The notes under the pieces are model-generated. The model did no database searches. It was given only the letters and a program-made list of their open reading frames with translations, and was not told where the DNA came from. Source: Blastocystis sp. subtype 4 (lineage: Eukaryota). From it: a stretch of 20,000 bases of DNA. Position 1 is the stretch's first letter; each line of letters opens with the position of its first letter. The position numbers were made by a program, and so were the translations under genes. Where the stretch lies: the NCBI RefSeq assembly GCF_000743755.1, contig NW_014569528.1:52065-72064 (forward strand), given 5' to 3'. Below, one piece after another: positions 1 through 10,287 of the stretch.

Positions 1-3000
1 CTTCAGGTGACAACCTTCTTCACTCTCTTGACGTTTATTAACTCAGGTGATGTCTCTTATTGTGTTCGAATGTTGATTGATCAGCTGAGTGATGTGAATA
101 ATTCGTTTGTTATCGATAAGGAGAACCTTATTCTATTCTTTCAGGGACTTGTACGTCTTCTCACAGTTGTCCAAGTATCACATAAGAATGGTGGTACGAC
201 AATCAATCTCCTTACAAGTGAAGAAGTGAAAAAGAAACAGAATGATGCTGCAGAATTTCTCCTCACCAATTTGTTCTCATTTGCCGTTCCCTCTCATATT
301 GAGAATAGTGAAGTACGAGATAAGATTCTTCATGAGCTGAACGAGAGTGATGGTGTTCATGTGGACCTCATCACAATCGTTCTTGTGTTTATCCTTTCCT
401 TCCTTGCACGAGGAGAGAAACTTGATCAGTTGTTGGAAGATATGAAAGGAGTTCTTGAGACTCCTCATCCTGATCAACTCCTTACTACAATCCCTGTTCG
501 CAAGTCACCAATTGATCTATTGGAAGTACTACGTACCAATCTGAGTATGGACCTCGAGAACTCGGAAGATGATGATTATCCTCTTGATAAGAGTGATATG
601 GCTATCCTCACTGGATTCATGCCACTTCCATCAGCTCCAGTAGATGATTCGCTACACTCAACATCGTCTGTGATGGAGGCAGGAATCATGACTCCAGTCG
701 TAAGTCATCATGTTGATATTTTCTCCCTTGACAGTTCACTTGGAATCTTCATTCGTGTATGTATCCTTGAAATTTCTAAGAATTAGTACATGACCAGAAA
801 ATGGGCAAAAAAGTTCAAACTTCAATCACTGAATACTGGAACCTTGTTACACACATTTACACTCTTCGAACGATTCAGTGGAGATTGTGACAATTTATTC
901 TTCTCTGAATACAGTTCATTTATCACTGCTCTTCTCGCAGTGACCAATAGTGATAATCACGAAATACCTCGTAGTCTCATCAAACTGTTTTATCGACTCT
1001 CGCATGACTGTCCCTGTCGTATCGATCGTTATGAGTTGCTTGTCGTTCTTGCGCTCCTCTGTTGTGATATCCATGTAGGTGAGAATCTTTCACGTCTCTG
1101 GGAACTCCTTCTTAAGACTAGTTCTACTCCTGCGGGAATCGATTCGTTCCGCACATTCAGTACAGGTGTGGTTTCTCTTGTGGATTTTATGTTCCCACAT
1201 CTCCTTCAGTATGCATGCAAAGAGAAGATGGCATTAATCAGCACAATTTCGGCTACCTTATACACTTCCTGCTGTGAATCCGAATCTCATCTTCGTATCC
1301 AACTCCATGCTGGGAACGTGAATCGGCCTATAATTCCCTTGGCAACATTTAGTGAATGGGCCCCTTCGTCTTTCCGTGTGGATGAATTCATATACAATGG
1401 CCATGCTATCTTCAATATGCGTGTATATGCTCTCCAGGATGTTTTGGGTATGCGCAATACTACGTTGTCTGATGTGATTGAAGCATTGAAGTGTGTTGAT
1501 GAAGGAGACGGAACTATTTCTTCAGATACCTTCTATGATGTAATCCTGATTGAGAGATGTGATATAGATGCTTCAAGACTTCTATCCACTTCCTCCTTTC
1601 TCCATGTTGGAACCACAACGCAAAGGAGTCTTTCAGAATCTGGTTGAGTTACTACATGAGGATGATGATACGATGCAGATTGAAGTGATTATGAGTGCAT
1701 TCTCTGTAATTCTGAATGGACCTCGTGAAGATATCTGGAATGAGCTGCTAACAACATTGAGCAAAGACGACGTAATAGAGCCAAATAAGATTAATCTTCT
1801 CTTCACTGCATTGATCAAAATGACGCTCTTCGTTCAGTAGGAATACTATCTTGTTTCTCATTGTAGGGTTGGTCGGTTTAATCCGAATCTCATTCGCTGC
1901 ATCAAACCCTACCTGACTGAGATCATGGAATGTCTACCATCATCGTGCCATATAGAAACTGTACGTGACCTTCTCTGCGAGAATCTCCGTATGGTGTTAC
2001 CTCTCAGCTTTGATGCACGTCTAATTGAAAGACCTGTATTGCTTCATGGAATGGTACTGGCACTACGAATCCTAGCAGGCCTAGGAGATGTTCTCTTTTC
2101 ACGATTCTTCCAATTTGTCATGTCATTTGATCGAGAGGTTCTCAGTAAAGGGGATTATGTCCACATCATTGAGTTTTTGGCAAGAGGCAAATCACTTGAT
2201 ATCCAATTGGTCTTGGACATTTATCGTCGTATCTATAATACCGCTCAACACCTCTTTAAGAACCCACTTGGTATCCATCGTAATACTCTTCTCTCTCTCA
2301 TGTCTGCTTTTTACCCCAATAATTCAACAATGGCTACACTGTTATACGAGCAAATGAGTAATGGAACAGGATTAGGATTTGACATATTTGTGGAGTATTT
2401 AGGGAATGTGTACACAATTCTAAATGAGGTGCGCTGTTTTGTGTTCCTCTCATAATTAGTTCTTTGATTGTTTCGATATTTCTGTTGTTACGATGAATCA
2501 AGTTGCTAGAAATGTGGCTGAATCCTGTTTCCGTACATACAAGCTCTCTCAGACAGATCTGCTGACGAAAGATGAATTTGTATCTTGGATCCGTTCTAGG
2601 GGAGTATGTGACTTCACAGATAATAAGGAATTTGTTTCATATTATCCTTGTTGTACTTCTAAATCTGTTCTTGTTACCTATGAATTGCTTCAGACGAATA
2701 TGCCTTCAGGGATGATTATGCCTCGTCATATCTATGAAACAGGAAATCAGTGTCACAGTGATATACAGATGTGGGTATAAAACAAGCATGAGATGTAGAT
2801 TGATCGATCGTCTTGCTTCCTTTGCTTCTCTCATGAATTTTTCTGTCTGTGACAATGAGATCATTGAGATAATCCATTGGCAAGAGGATCCGAATGGGGC
2901 GGTAACACGTTCCTCCTTTATTGCTTCAGTTTCTGTGGTGATAATTAAGCACTACCAACAACGTGTGAATGAAGATCGAGAACTCCAGTTGCAAGAGTCC

Positions 3001-4212
3001 ATTCATATTGATATGAATGGAAAGGATGCAGAAAACGTACGCAAAGGATTAGGTCGTCTATTTGATGCTCTTGATGTGTTGGGTTCCAAACGTTTGCCTG
3101 CTACCGAACTCGTGGCAATGTTGGGATTGTTATCACAAGGAGATATTGATAGTCGATTGCAGTATATGATTGAAACGACAGGAAAAGCTGTTGGTGATAT
3201 GGTCTATGTGTCTTCTCTTTCCCCTGTGATTGATGGTCTTTTCCTTGTTTTGGATATGCTTCTACCAACGGTTATCTACGCAGCTACTGTATGGATAGTT
3301 TGTTTCTCTCATTGATAGAGTACTCCTTTGATTCAATCGCATGACTTCGTGGAACGATTGAAAGCTTCAGCAGAAATGGACTTGCTGGAAATCAATACCG
3401 TAGTCGAGCAATTGCATATTGAATTAGTTGGAATGAGTGAGGTTGTCCGTCACGTCACTGCTGTTGAGAAGCCTGATCGTCGTTCTCTCCAACAGGCCAT
3501 GCAAACACTTCATATTCATTGTTCTTCAGTCAAGGCATTTATTGAGATTCTGCTCCTACAACCTGGAGACCCTTCTTCTTCTATCTGCCAGCTTAATATT
3601 CACGAGAATGGCTGGGATCATGGTCTTTTGCATCATCGCCTCTCTCCTCTACTCCTACGAGATGAAATGCGACGCCTCTTCCACCTTATGGAAGTCGATC
3701 TTCCATTCAAACTCCAGGAACGACTGGAAGAGGTATTCCAGACGCTTCTGGGAAATTCTGATGGTGTATTGTATGAGGACTTCGTGACTGCCCTATTCCC
3801 ATTCTTGTTATTCCAAGAGAATTCCATTGAAACTGTCAGTACTTCATTCTACTCATTGCTGTGTGTCCTAAATGACAATGCTCATGTTATTCAATTGAAT
3901 GCACTGGAACATGCAATTCAGATTGTTGTCAAAATGTGGCTATGGGTTGTTGAAAAAACTACATTGCTCCAGACAGACCAGGTGAGTGTGTTAATCAGGG
4001 AACTAATCGATGTGACGGAAGTGGATGGATCCTATCCTGTACGTGAAGCAGCTTATCTGGGAAGTTGTATTCTCCAATCTCGTTCTCCTTCGAGTCTTAG
4101 CATGCAACGATTATTATCTATTCTCTTTTGTGGTTGCCCTCAGAATGTGAAGTCGATTTGGGAGGGAGAGATGCCCGTTGCTTCAGATCAGGAATCTATA
4201 GTTAATAATTGA
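1..4212 (+). CDS. Large protein (>1300 aa, 5' end outside the window) with repeated degenerate EF-hand / neuronal-calcium-sensor-like modules; 7 exons in window
   Basis: Seven consecutive ORFs join in frame through GT-AG introns at 757-786, 1540-1567, 1837-1866, 2429-2459, 2771-2798 and 3289-3318 (28-31 nt each). Stop is TGA at 4210-4212. EF-hand-like segments: LFDALDVLGSKRLPATELVAMLGLLSQGDIDSRLQYM, CFRTYKLSQTDLLTKDEFVSWI, LKCVDEGDGTISSDTFYD, LFYRLSHDCPCRIDRYELLVVLALLC. Confidence 0.75.
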
Positions 4213-4215
4213 AAC

Positions 4216-4223
4216 TGTTTATT
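4216..4223 (+). terminator. Variant GU-rich polyadenylation element (TGTTTATT)
   Basis: One mismatch to the Blastocystis-type TGTTTGTT motif, starting 3 nt after the TGA of gene 1. Confidence 0.55.
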
Positions 4224-4276
4224 TTTGGAATTTCACAATTCATATCATATTCCCCAATTCCATTTCTCGAATCGAA

Positions 4277-4750
4277 ATGTTTCTTATTCATAGAATGATT
4301 ACAGAAATGAATCGCCTCTTTCTTCAGAACTGGTATTCTGTACTTCTGACTGCCATACTGGGACCAATCGTCTACTTTGTGATCTATTGGCTTCGGTTAA
4401 AGAAAATTAACAAGGAGCGTGCTCAAGACCAGCAGCTTACGCTTCAGCAACTTATTGAAGATGATTGGAGTATTATAATAACATCGATGCGTCGGAAAGA
4501 ACTGGAAAAAAAGCAAATCGAATCAAAGAAGGAGATAAAGCCTCAGATGCGTCGTGGTGGAAGTTCTGGTAACCTTGCTGCATCTGGAAATACAGGGAAA
4601 TCCAAATTGAAGAAACAGCAGAGTTTGTCTGGAAAGACACTTCGCATTAGTAACAAAGTATTGTAGTCTAAATTTTAGGTCCATCGGCTTTGCATGATAG
4701 TGACGGTGAAATCGCATCGGATGGCGAACAGGATTTGCGTTTTTCGATTC
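4277..4750 (+). CDS. Probable 5' exons of the acyltransferase gene: N-terminal transmembrane helix plus charged, low-complexity linker
   Basis: ORF 4277-4666 contains a hydrophobic helix (WYSVLLTAILGPIVYFVIYWL). Splice-like acceptors (TTTTAG) end at 4678 and 4786, and no poly(A) motif separates this ORF from the one at 4796. The exact junctions are ambiguous. Confidence 0.55.
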
Positions 4751-4786
4751 GTAGAATAAGTGATTTATGAAGGAAATGATTTTTAG

Positions 4787-6997
4787 AGTCCTAGTATGCG
4801 TAATTTCTTCTCTCCGAAGGCTTCCGAATATATCAACCCACTCCCTCTGGATAGTGCTTCTCCTTTCCCTCAGGAATATGACGAGTCGACAGAGAGAGAG
4901 ATGCAATTCCTCCGCAACTCCTCTCTTCACACTCGTGGTGATCCTGAATATGAAGATGTTATGACTCAAACTAAACTGAGCTTTGGCCCTCTACTGTCGG
5001 CTATTCTCACTCCAATCACTTGGCTCTTTGACCATCGACCTCTCTGCTGGATCCGTGATTTGATTCGAGATATCATTGTGGCTCGTCGTGTTCATGTAGT
5101 GATTCGGAAGATTGCTTCCAACGCTGATGTTCTTAAGAACCCTCATGTCGTGAAGGAGATTGATAGACTTGAAGCTGAAGGGAAGGAAACACGAGACGAG
5201 ATTCTTCTTCGAGCTCACAAGATCATCACACGAATGGCAGCTAGACAAACCGATTGGGTTCTGCGTATTTTCTATGTCATTCTCTCTGTTATATTCCGCA
5301 AGCTCTTTCACACTGTTCATGTTGACAGACATGGACTTCGAGGTTTCCACAAACATCTCGAGACACAAGAGGATGGAGTGGGTGTTGTATTTATGCCCAC
5401 ACACAAGTCTCATGTAGATTACCTAGTATTGTCCTATGTATCTGCTTTGTATGATCTCCCTATACCAATTATTGCTGCTGGTGATAATTTGAATATTCCC
5501 GTGGTTGGTGCACTGTTCCGTTACTCAGGTGCCTTCTTCATGCGACGAGCTCTTGGTAGTGATACTCTGTATAGAGCAATACTCGAAGGATATTTGGAGG
5601 AGGTTCTACGATCAGGATCTACTCTCGAATTCTTCATTGAAGGAGGTCGTTCACGAGATGGAACGATTTTACCTCCAAAATATGGTTTGCTAAATGTGAT
5701 ATTGGAAGCAGTGAAAACAGGAAGACTGAAGGATGTAGTGTTGGTGCCAATTGCTGTTGACTATGAGCATTGTCCTGATATCAACAGTTATGTGAAGTAT
5801 ATGATGGGAGGAAAGAAGACAAAAGAATCACTCACGAATCTATTGAAGAATGCTTATTCTATCATGTCAATGGATTGTGGTGATGCCTTTGTGACACTTG
5901 GTACTCCAATGTCACTTCAAGAATTATTATCACGAATGGAACATGAGGATGCTACTCTGGATACTCGAAATGAAGTGCGTTATGTAGGTGCCCATGTGTG
6001 TCAGGCCATGCGCAATAACAGTGTGATCACTACAAGCACACTGGTGGCTGCAGCTATCATGGACTTTCCTACAGGCGACTGGATCACTGAAGCTGAGCTC
6101 ACATTACATATTGAAACTATTCGGCAATGGCAACACAACATTGGTGCATTTGAAGGTTATTCAGGTTACTCTGCTACCTTGCTCCATCAATTCGTTCATT
6201 CTTTCCCCAGCTTGATTGAGGTAAGGGATAAGAAGTACCGAGCTCGTGAAGGAATTCAAGAACAAATAACTCTGTTTTACTATCGGAATGGTCTTCTTCA
6301 TCATTTCCTTGCTGATGCTGTTGTTCTGCATGTCTTCCGTGCACTTCAATTGTCGACAGGTCACTCCACTCTGTCTCTTGTTGACGTGGTACCGGAGGTG
6401 GAACTTATGTGTCGAATTGTTGGAGCTCACATTCCATTCAGTGTGGTGATCTCGGCACCTGCAATTGATAATCTAGTAACTCGAGGTGTGTTGATCTTGA
6501 AGGAAGATACTCTGACTCTGGCTCCAAAGCAGGAGGAATATTCACACTTCTGTGTTAGTCTTGTAGCTCCTATTGTGGATTCTCTGTGTGTGGTCTCGGA
6601 GGCGATTCGATATCTTCGCCCAGGAAGCAATGAGGAGGAAGTGGATCTAACAGTCTTCTTATTGAAGTGCATGGAGTTGTCCAAGACGAAGCTAGCTGCA
6701 GGTGAGACTCCATTCCCGTTTATTGCCAATACTCAGATGCTACGTAACAATGTAGAGGGTTTAGTGGCTGCTGGAGTATTGAGCAAGCGACGTGATGGAA
6801 GTACGTATTTCATTCGCTTGAGTGGTGCTTATGAAGACCTGGAAATGGTAGATAAGCTTCATCAGTCTCTAGAAGGATTGACACTGAATCTACAGAGTAT
6901 TCCTGTGTCGAAGAGTGATACAGATCTGAACATTACAGATGAAATGATTGATTTGATGGTCGATGTGGGCATCAAGAAACGGAAGAGCAAGAATTAG
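4787..6997 (+). CDS. Glycerol-3-phosphate / dihydroxyacetone-phosphate O-acyltransferase (PlsB/GPAT1/GNPAT family), main exon
   Basis: All four acyltransferase blocks are present: FMPTHKSHVDY (HX4D), GAFFMRR, FFIEGGRSRDG and LVPIAVDYE. Family-typical IAAGDNLNIP and YYRNGLLHHF are also present. Stop is TAG at 6995-6997. Confidence 0.92.
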   Translation, partial: SPSMRNFFSPKASEYINPLPLDSASPFPQEYDESTEREMQFLRNSSLHTRGDPEYEDVMTQTKLSFGPLLSAILTPITWLFDHRPLCWIRDLIRDIIVARRVHVVIRKIASNADVLKNPHVVKEIDRLEAEGKETRDEILLRAHKIITRMAARQTDWVLRIFYVILSVIFRKLFHTVHVDRHGLRGFHKHLETQEDGVGVVFMPTHKSHVDYLVLSYVSALYDLPIPIIAAGDNLNIPVVGALFRYSGAFFMRRALGSDTLYRAILEGYLEEVLRSGSTLEFFIEGGRSRDGTILPPKYGLLNVILEAVKTGRLKDVVLVPIAVDYEHCPDINSYVKYMMGGKKTKESLTNLLKNAYSIMSMDCGDAFVTLGTPMSLQELLSRMEHEDATLDTRNEVRYVGAHVCQAMRNNSVITTSTLVAAAIMDFPTGDWITEAELTLHIETIRQWQHNIGAFEGYSGYSATLLHQFVHSFPSLIEVRDKKYRAREGIQEQITLFYYRNGLLHHFLADAVVLHVFRALQLSTGHSTLSLVDVVPEVELMCRIVGAHIPFSVVISAPAIDNLVTRGVLILKEDTLTLAPKQEEYSHFCVSLVAPIVDSLCVVSEAIRYLRPGSNEEEVDLTVFLLKCMELSKTKLAAGETPFPFIANTQMLRNNVEGLVAAGVLSKRRDGSTYFIRLSGAYEDLEMVDKLHQSLEGLTLNLQSIPVSKSDTDLNITDEMIDLMVDVGIKKRKSKN

Positions 6998-7014
6998 ATG
7001 TCTCTTTATTTGAG

Positions 7015-7022
7015 TGTTTGTT
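7015..7022 (+). terminator. TGTTTGTT polyadenylation element of the acyltransferase gene
   Basis: Exact motif 17 nt after the stop codon. Confidence 0.75.
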
Positions 7023-7032
7023 GTAAAGAATA

Positions 7033-10000
7033 TCACGAATCGCAACTATACTCAAATCCGATGTAACGAGTATCCAATTCCAAACTAGGAGTTCGAGTTC
7101 TGGCATGGTTTCGAGGATTCTCAGTCTGCTGTCTTTCCTTCTCCTGACGAATCCTTAGCTGTAACTCCATTTCACTTAGAGGACGCTGAGGTGAGCATAC
7201 GGAGTCCGCTAACACAGGCTACATGTTATCATTCTTTGAGTTCATACACGAACAAGACTACGGTCAAAGTATGTATAATCCAATGGTCCATTCAACTGAG
7301 GAATCATGGGAACTCGCACCTCTCTACGCAGAACAGCATTCCAATCCAATGAAGCGAAGAAAGGATGTGTTTTGATTCCAGCTCTATTTCATGAATTCAC
7401 TATCTCGAACTTACACTCCAGCTTCATCGGATCCAAGTCGTCTAGGTATGATTAGACAAGCTAAGAACTTACTTTGCAGGGTCTCGTTCCAAGAGACGTA
7501 GAATCAAAGATCGAGCATCCATGGAGACTCCTCGAATACGAGGTGGAACCATATTGTTCATGATATTGTTCAAAGTTTGCTAATGATGACAAATCAATTA
7601 GACCACTACATGATGCGAATGGCCCTGGAATGGATGATAACCTGTTAAACACTCACACATCAGAATACCAAGAGCCCACCAATCAATTGCTTCTGTGTGA
7701 GGTCGACGAAGAAGCATCTCTGGCTATGCATCAAGTCAGTGATTCATTTCTACCGCCATGTACTGTTCGGTTCCACAATAACTATAACTCCTCATTTCAC
7801 TAATATGTCGTTTTTCATCCAAATTGATGTTGTAATAACGAGACAGACCGAAATCCGTCAGTTTGATGTGTCCATCAGCTCCTAGAAGAACATTCTCTGG
7901 TTTCAAATCCCTCTACAAATCATCTCTTCTCCATGTTCATACGAAAATAATCCCCATATTATGCAAATGTTCCAAAGCCAATACGATCTCTGCCATATAC
8001 AGACGTGTTCTTTCCTCTGAGAAGACACCAAATCTTGATAAATGCGTAAACAAGTCTCCACACTGCATGAAATCCATAATCATATAGAGACGATATGGTG
8101 TCTGGTAGGCATAATACAAGCGAGTGATGAAAGGGAAATCTGCACGTTCCAGAATAAGTCGTTCCACTTTGGTTCGGGAAACTTGACGTCTGCGTACCAA
8201 TTCATCCTTCTTCAGCACTTTCATCGCGTAATAACAGTGGGTTTTCGCATTGTAGACATGCAGTACCTTTCCATAGCCACCTCTTCCTAGAACTGCTTGT
8301 ACTTCAAAGTCTTCGAGATGAATGGGTCCATGGGAAGGCGCCGGATTTGTTTCTGATTCTGTTGTTTTGACAGGGTTTTGAACGGAAGGTCCCTTGCTAC
8401 CATGACGACCAGGAGAATCAACACCTCCTCGACATGATCCAATCAGAGATACATCTGTCTCAACCGTTTCCGAAGCACTACTGGTATCAACAGATGGGGG
8501 ACGAGCTCCAAGAGGAATATGCTATTTGTCATGAAAAGACTCTAGACTCACTCGGAACCCAGTTACATCACAAGTGATAAGTGGTCTTGTTTTAAGAAGC
8601 ATGAGGAGCAGGGATTGGAAGTCATTGTACTGACAGAACATATTGAGTCGACATTTCTATACATTCATATCTTCATGAATTGCTACATCACGTCCAGAAG
8701 GAATTATCAGATAGGAACACAACAACACTTCAGCACGAACATAGGACTGTTTGGTCGATGATACAGGTAGATCTCCATTGATACTGATTTCATAGATCAC
8801 ATAGCAGCCATCATCAGTTTGAAAGTGATCTTGCAAGAGAATCAAATCTCGACTTGACGCAAACCCACTCGGACTTTTCATGGTTCGATGAATCACTCGA
8901 ATTCCCTGCGGAATATCATTGACTAGGTTTCAATAGAACGAGTAGTTACAAACAACTACGAACTCCTCGATACACCCCTCCAAGCTTCCTCCACTCCTTT
9001 AGAATGACACTGCTGCCATCCATTCGTTCTTCCATCTTTGGCTTTCTTCCTCGAGAGTTCTTTGAACCAAAGAGCTTTCGAGCGAACGGTATTTTCTCAT
9101 GATTTGTGATGTCCTCCACAACAGCAAGGACTTCTTCATGTGACAGTCTCTTTTCCCAACGATATCGACCCTGTGCAGGGGTTCTGATGATATCTCCGAG
9201 AAGTAGATCACGATACACCTCCTCTGCATCACCGCTCACTTCACGAGTTGATCGAAGCAGGTTATAGTTTCCCTTAGGTGACGATGGCTTTTCAATAAGG
9301 ATCTACTATGAATTCTGCTGTGAGCGCCTACATAGTTTCCATGACGATCGATACGTTTCCTCTCTCGCCACTCTCCTCCATTCCGAAATAGCAAGTGATA
9401 GAATGTCTGTTGACGGAGCTCACTCAGGAGTTTCCCAAGTTGAGTAATGTCACGACTGTTTACAGCAGCCTCAAGAAGTGTCGCTTTGGGAACTGACAGA
9501 ATGATTCTGAAATGAAGGATTCAATAAGAGGCTATTAGCTAGGATATGAATTGGACTTGACATGCGGAGCGAACATCCAAGGAGCGAGTCCTGTTGAGAG
9601 ACGGCTCACAGTGAGTTGCTGATCCACCTTGAACATGTACAAATCATTTGTATCCTATGCTTGAAAGCATTCATTCACTGACCACTTTGAATTCGACAGA
9701 GGAGGTTGTCAAAGGAAGAATAGTATGACTCGAGACAAGCTCCTGACACACAGTCACTCCTTCTCGTCGACTGTCCACGAATCCATTGACCAGGAGCCAA
9801 TCAATGATGGATGCGGCAGAGAAACATGTTGAATACATCTTGTTATTGAAGTTACGATCGCGAATATCCATGGTATTCCTCATCTGGCTTACCATTTGGA
9901 GCATTTTCGAAGAAAGAAATGTAGTAGGAACAGAAAAGACTTCACTAGCATGTGAAGCGGACGCTTGCTTACTGGAGGCACCCGATTGCATCTCCGTAGG

Positions 10001-10130
10001 ATTAGCCCACTCTAGTTTATACCCAACCAACAATCATACTGCGATGTGAAGGCTTGAATCGATCGGTATTGGGCACCTCCCGAATACATTCGGAAGCCCC
10101 AGTAGCAATAATGACTTCTTCTGAATTCAT
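7033..10130 (-). CDS. Multi-exon AGC-family Ser/Thr kinase (S6K/SGK/Akt-like) with N-terminal DEP and START domains
   Basis: ATG at 10130 (MNSEEVII); intron 10012-10039 joins to [35 protein letters not shown]...[13 protein letters not shown]...[23 protein letters not shown]...[20 protein letters not shown]...SRDLILL...[15 protein letters not shown]. Kinase: [52 protein letters not shown] tail: HPFFASLDW...YIGFEY. Stop is TGA at 7033-7035. Confidence 0.9.
9507..9547 (-). other. Candidate U12-type (minor spliceosome) intron, 41 nt, with AT-AG ends
   Basis: The minus strand reads ATATCCTAGC...AATCCTTCATTTCAG. Removing it restores the frame (KSNS|IILSVPK) across an in-frame TAA. A 50 nt GT-AG alternative with a weak donor (GTCCAA) also restores the frame. 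Confidence 0.55.
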
Positions 10131-10265
10131 TGCAAACGAGAAATGAAATGATGATAATTAGAAAGGTCGTGAAAGACAAAGTGTCGATGGAAGTTGAATG
10201 GGATAGGGATATACTCAATATCCCATATCCAGTTTGCCCATTGATCCACACCACAGAATTTTGTT

Positions 10266-10273
10266 AACAAACA
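10266..10273 (-). terminator. TGTTTGTT polyadenylation element of the CEP164-like gene
   Basis: Exact motif on the minus strand, 14 nt after the TAA at 10288-10290. Confidence 0.75.
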
Positions 10274-10287
10274 TAAACACAGAATAC

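Noticed and set aside
761..768. GTATCCTT, a perfect U12 donor consensus
   Set aside because: No nearby AG or AC acceptor restores the frame from this donor, whereas the 30 nt GTATGT intron 757-786 does.
10131..10254. ORF 10012-10254 (-) as the kinase start or a small membrane protein
   Set aside because: The ATG at 10130 in another frame splices cleanly into the DEP exon; the upstream part is best read as UTR or intergenic sequence.
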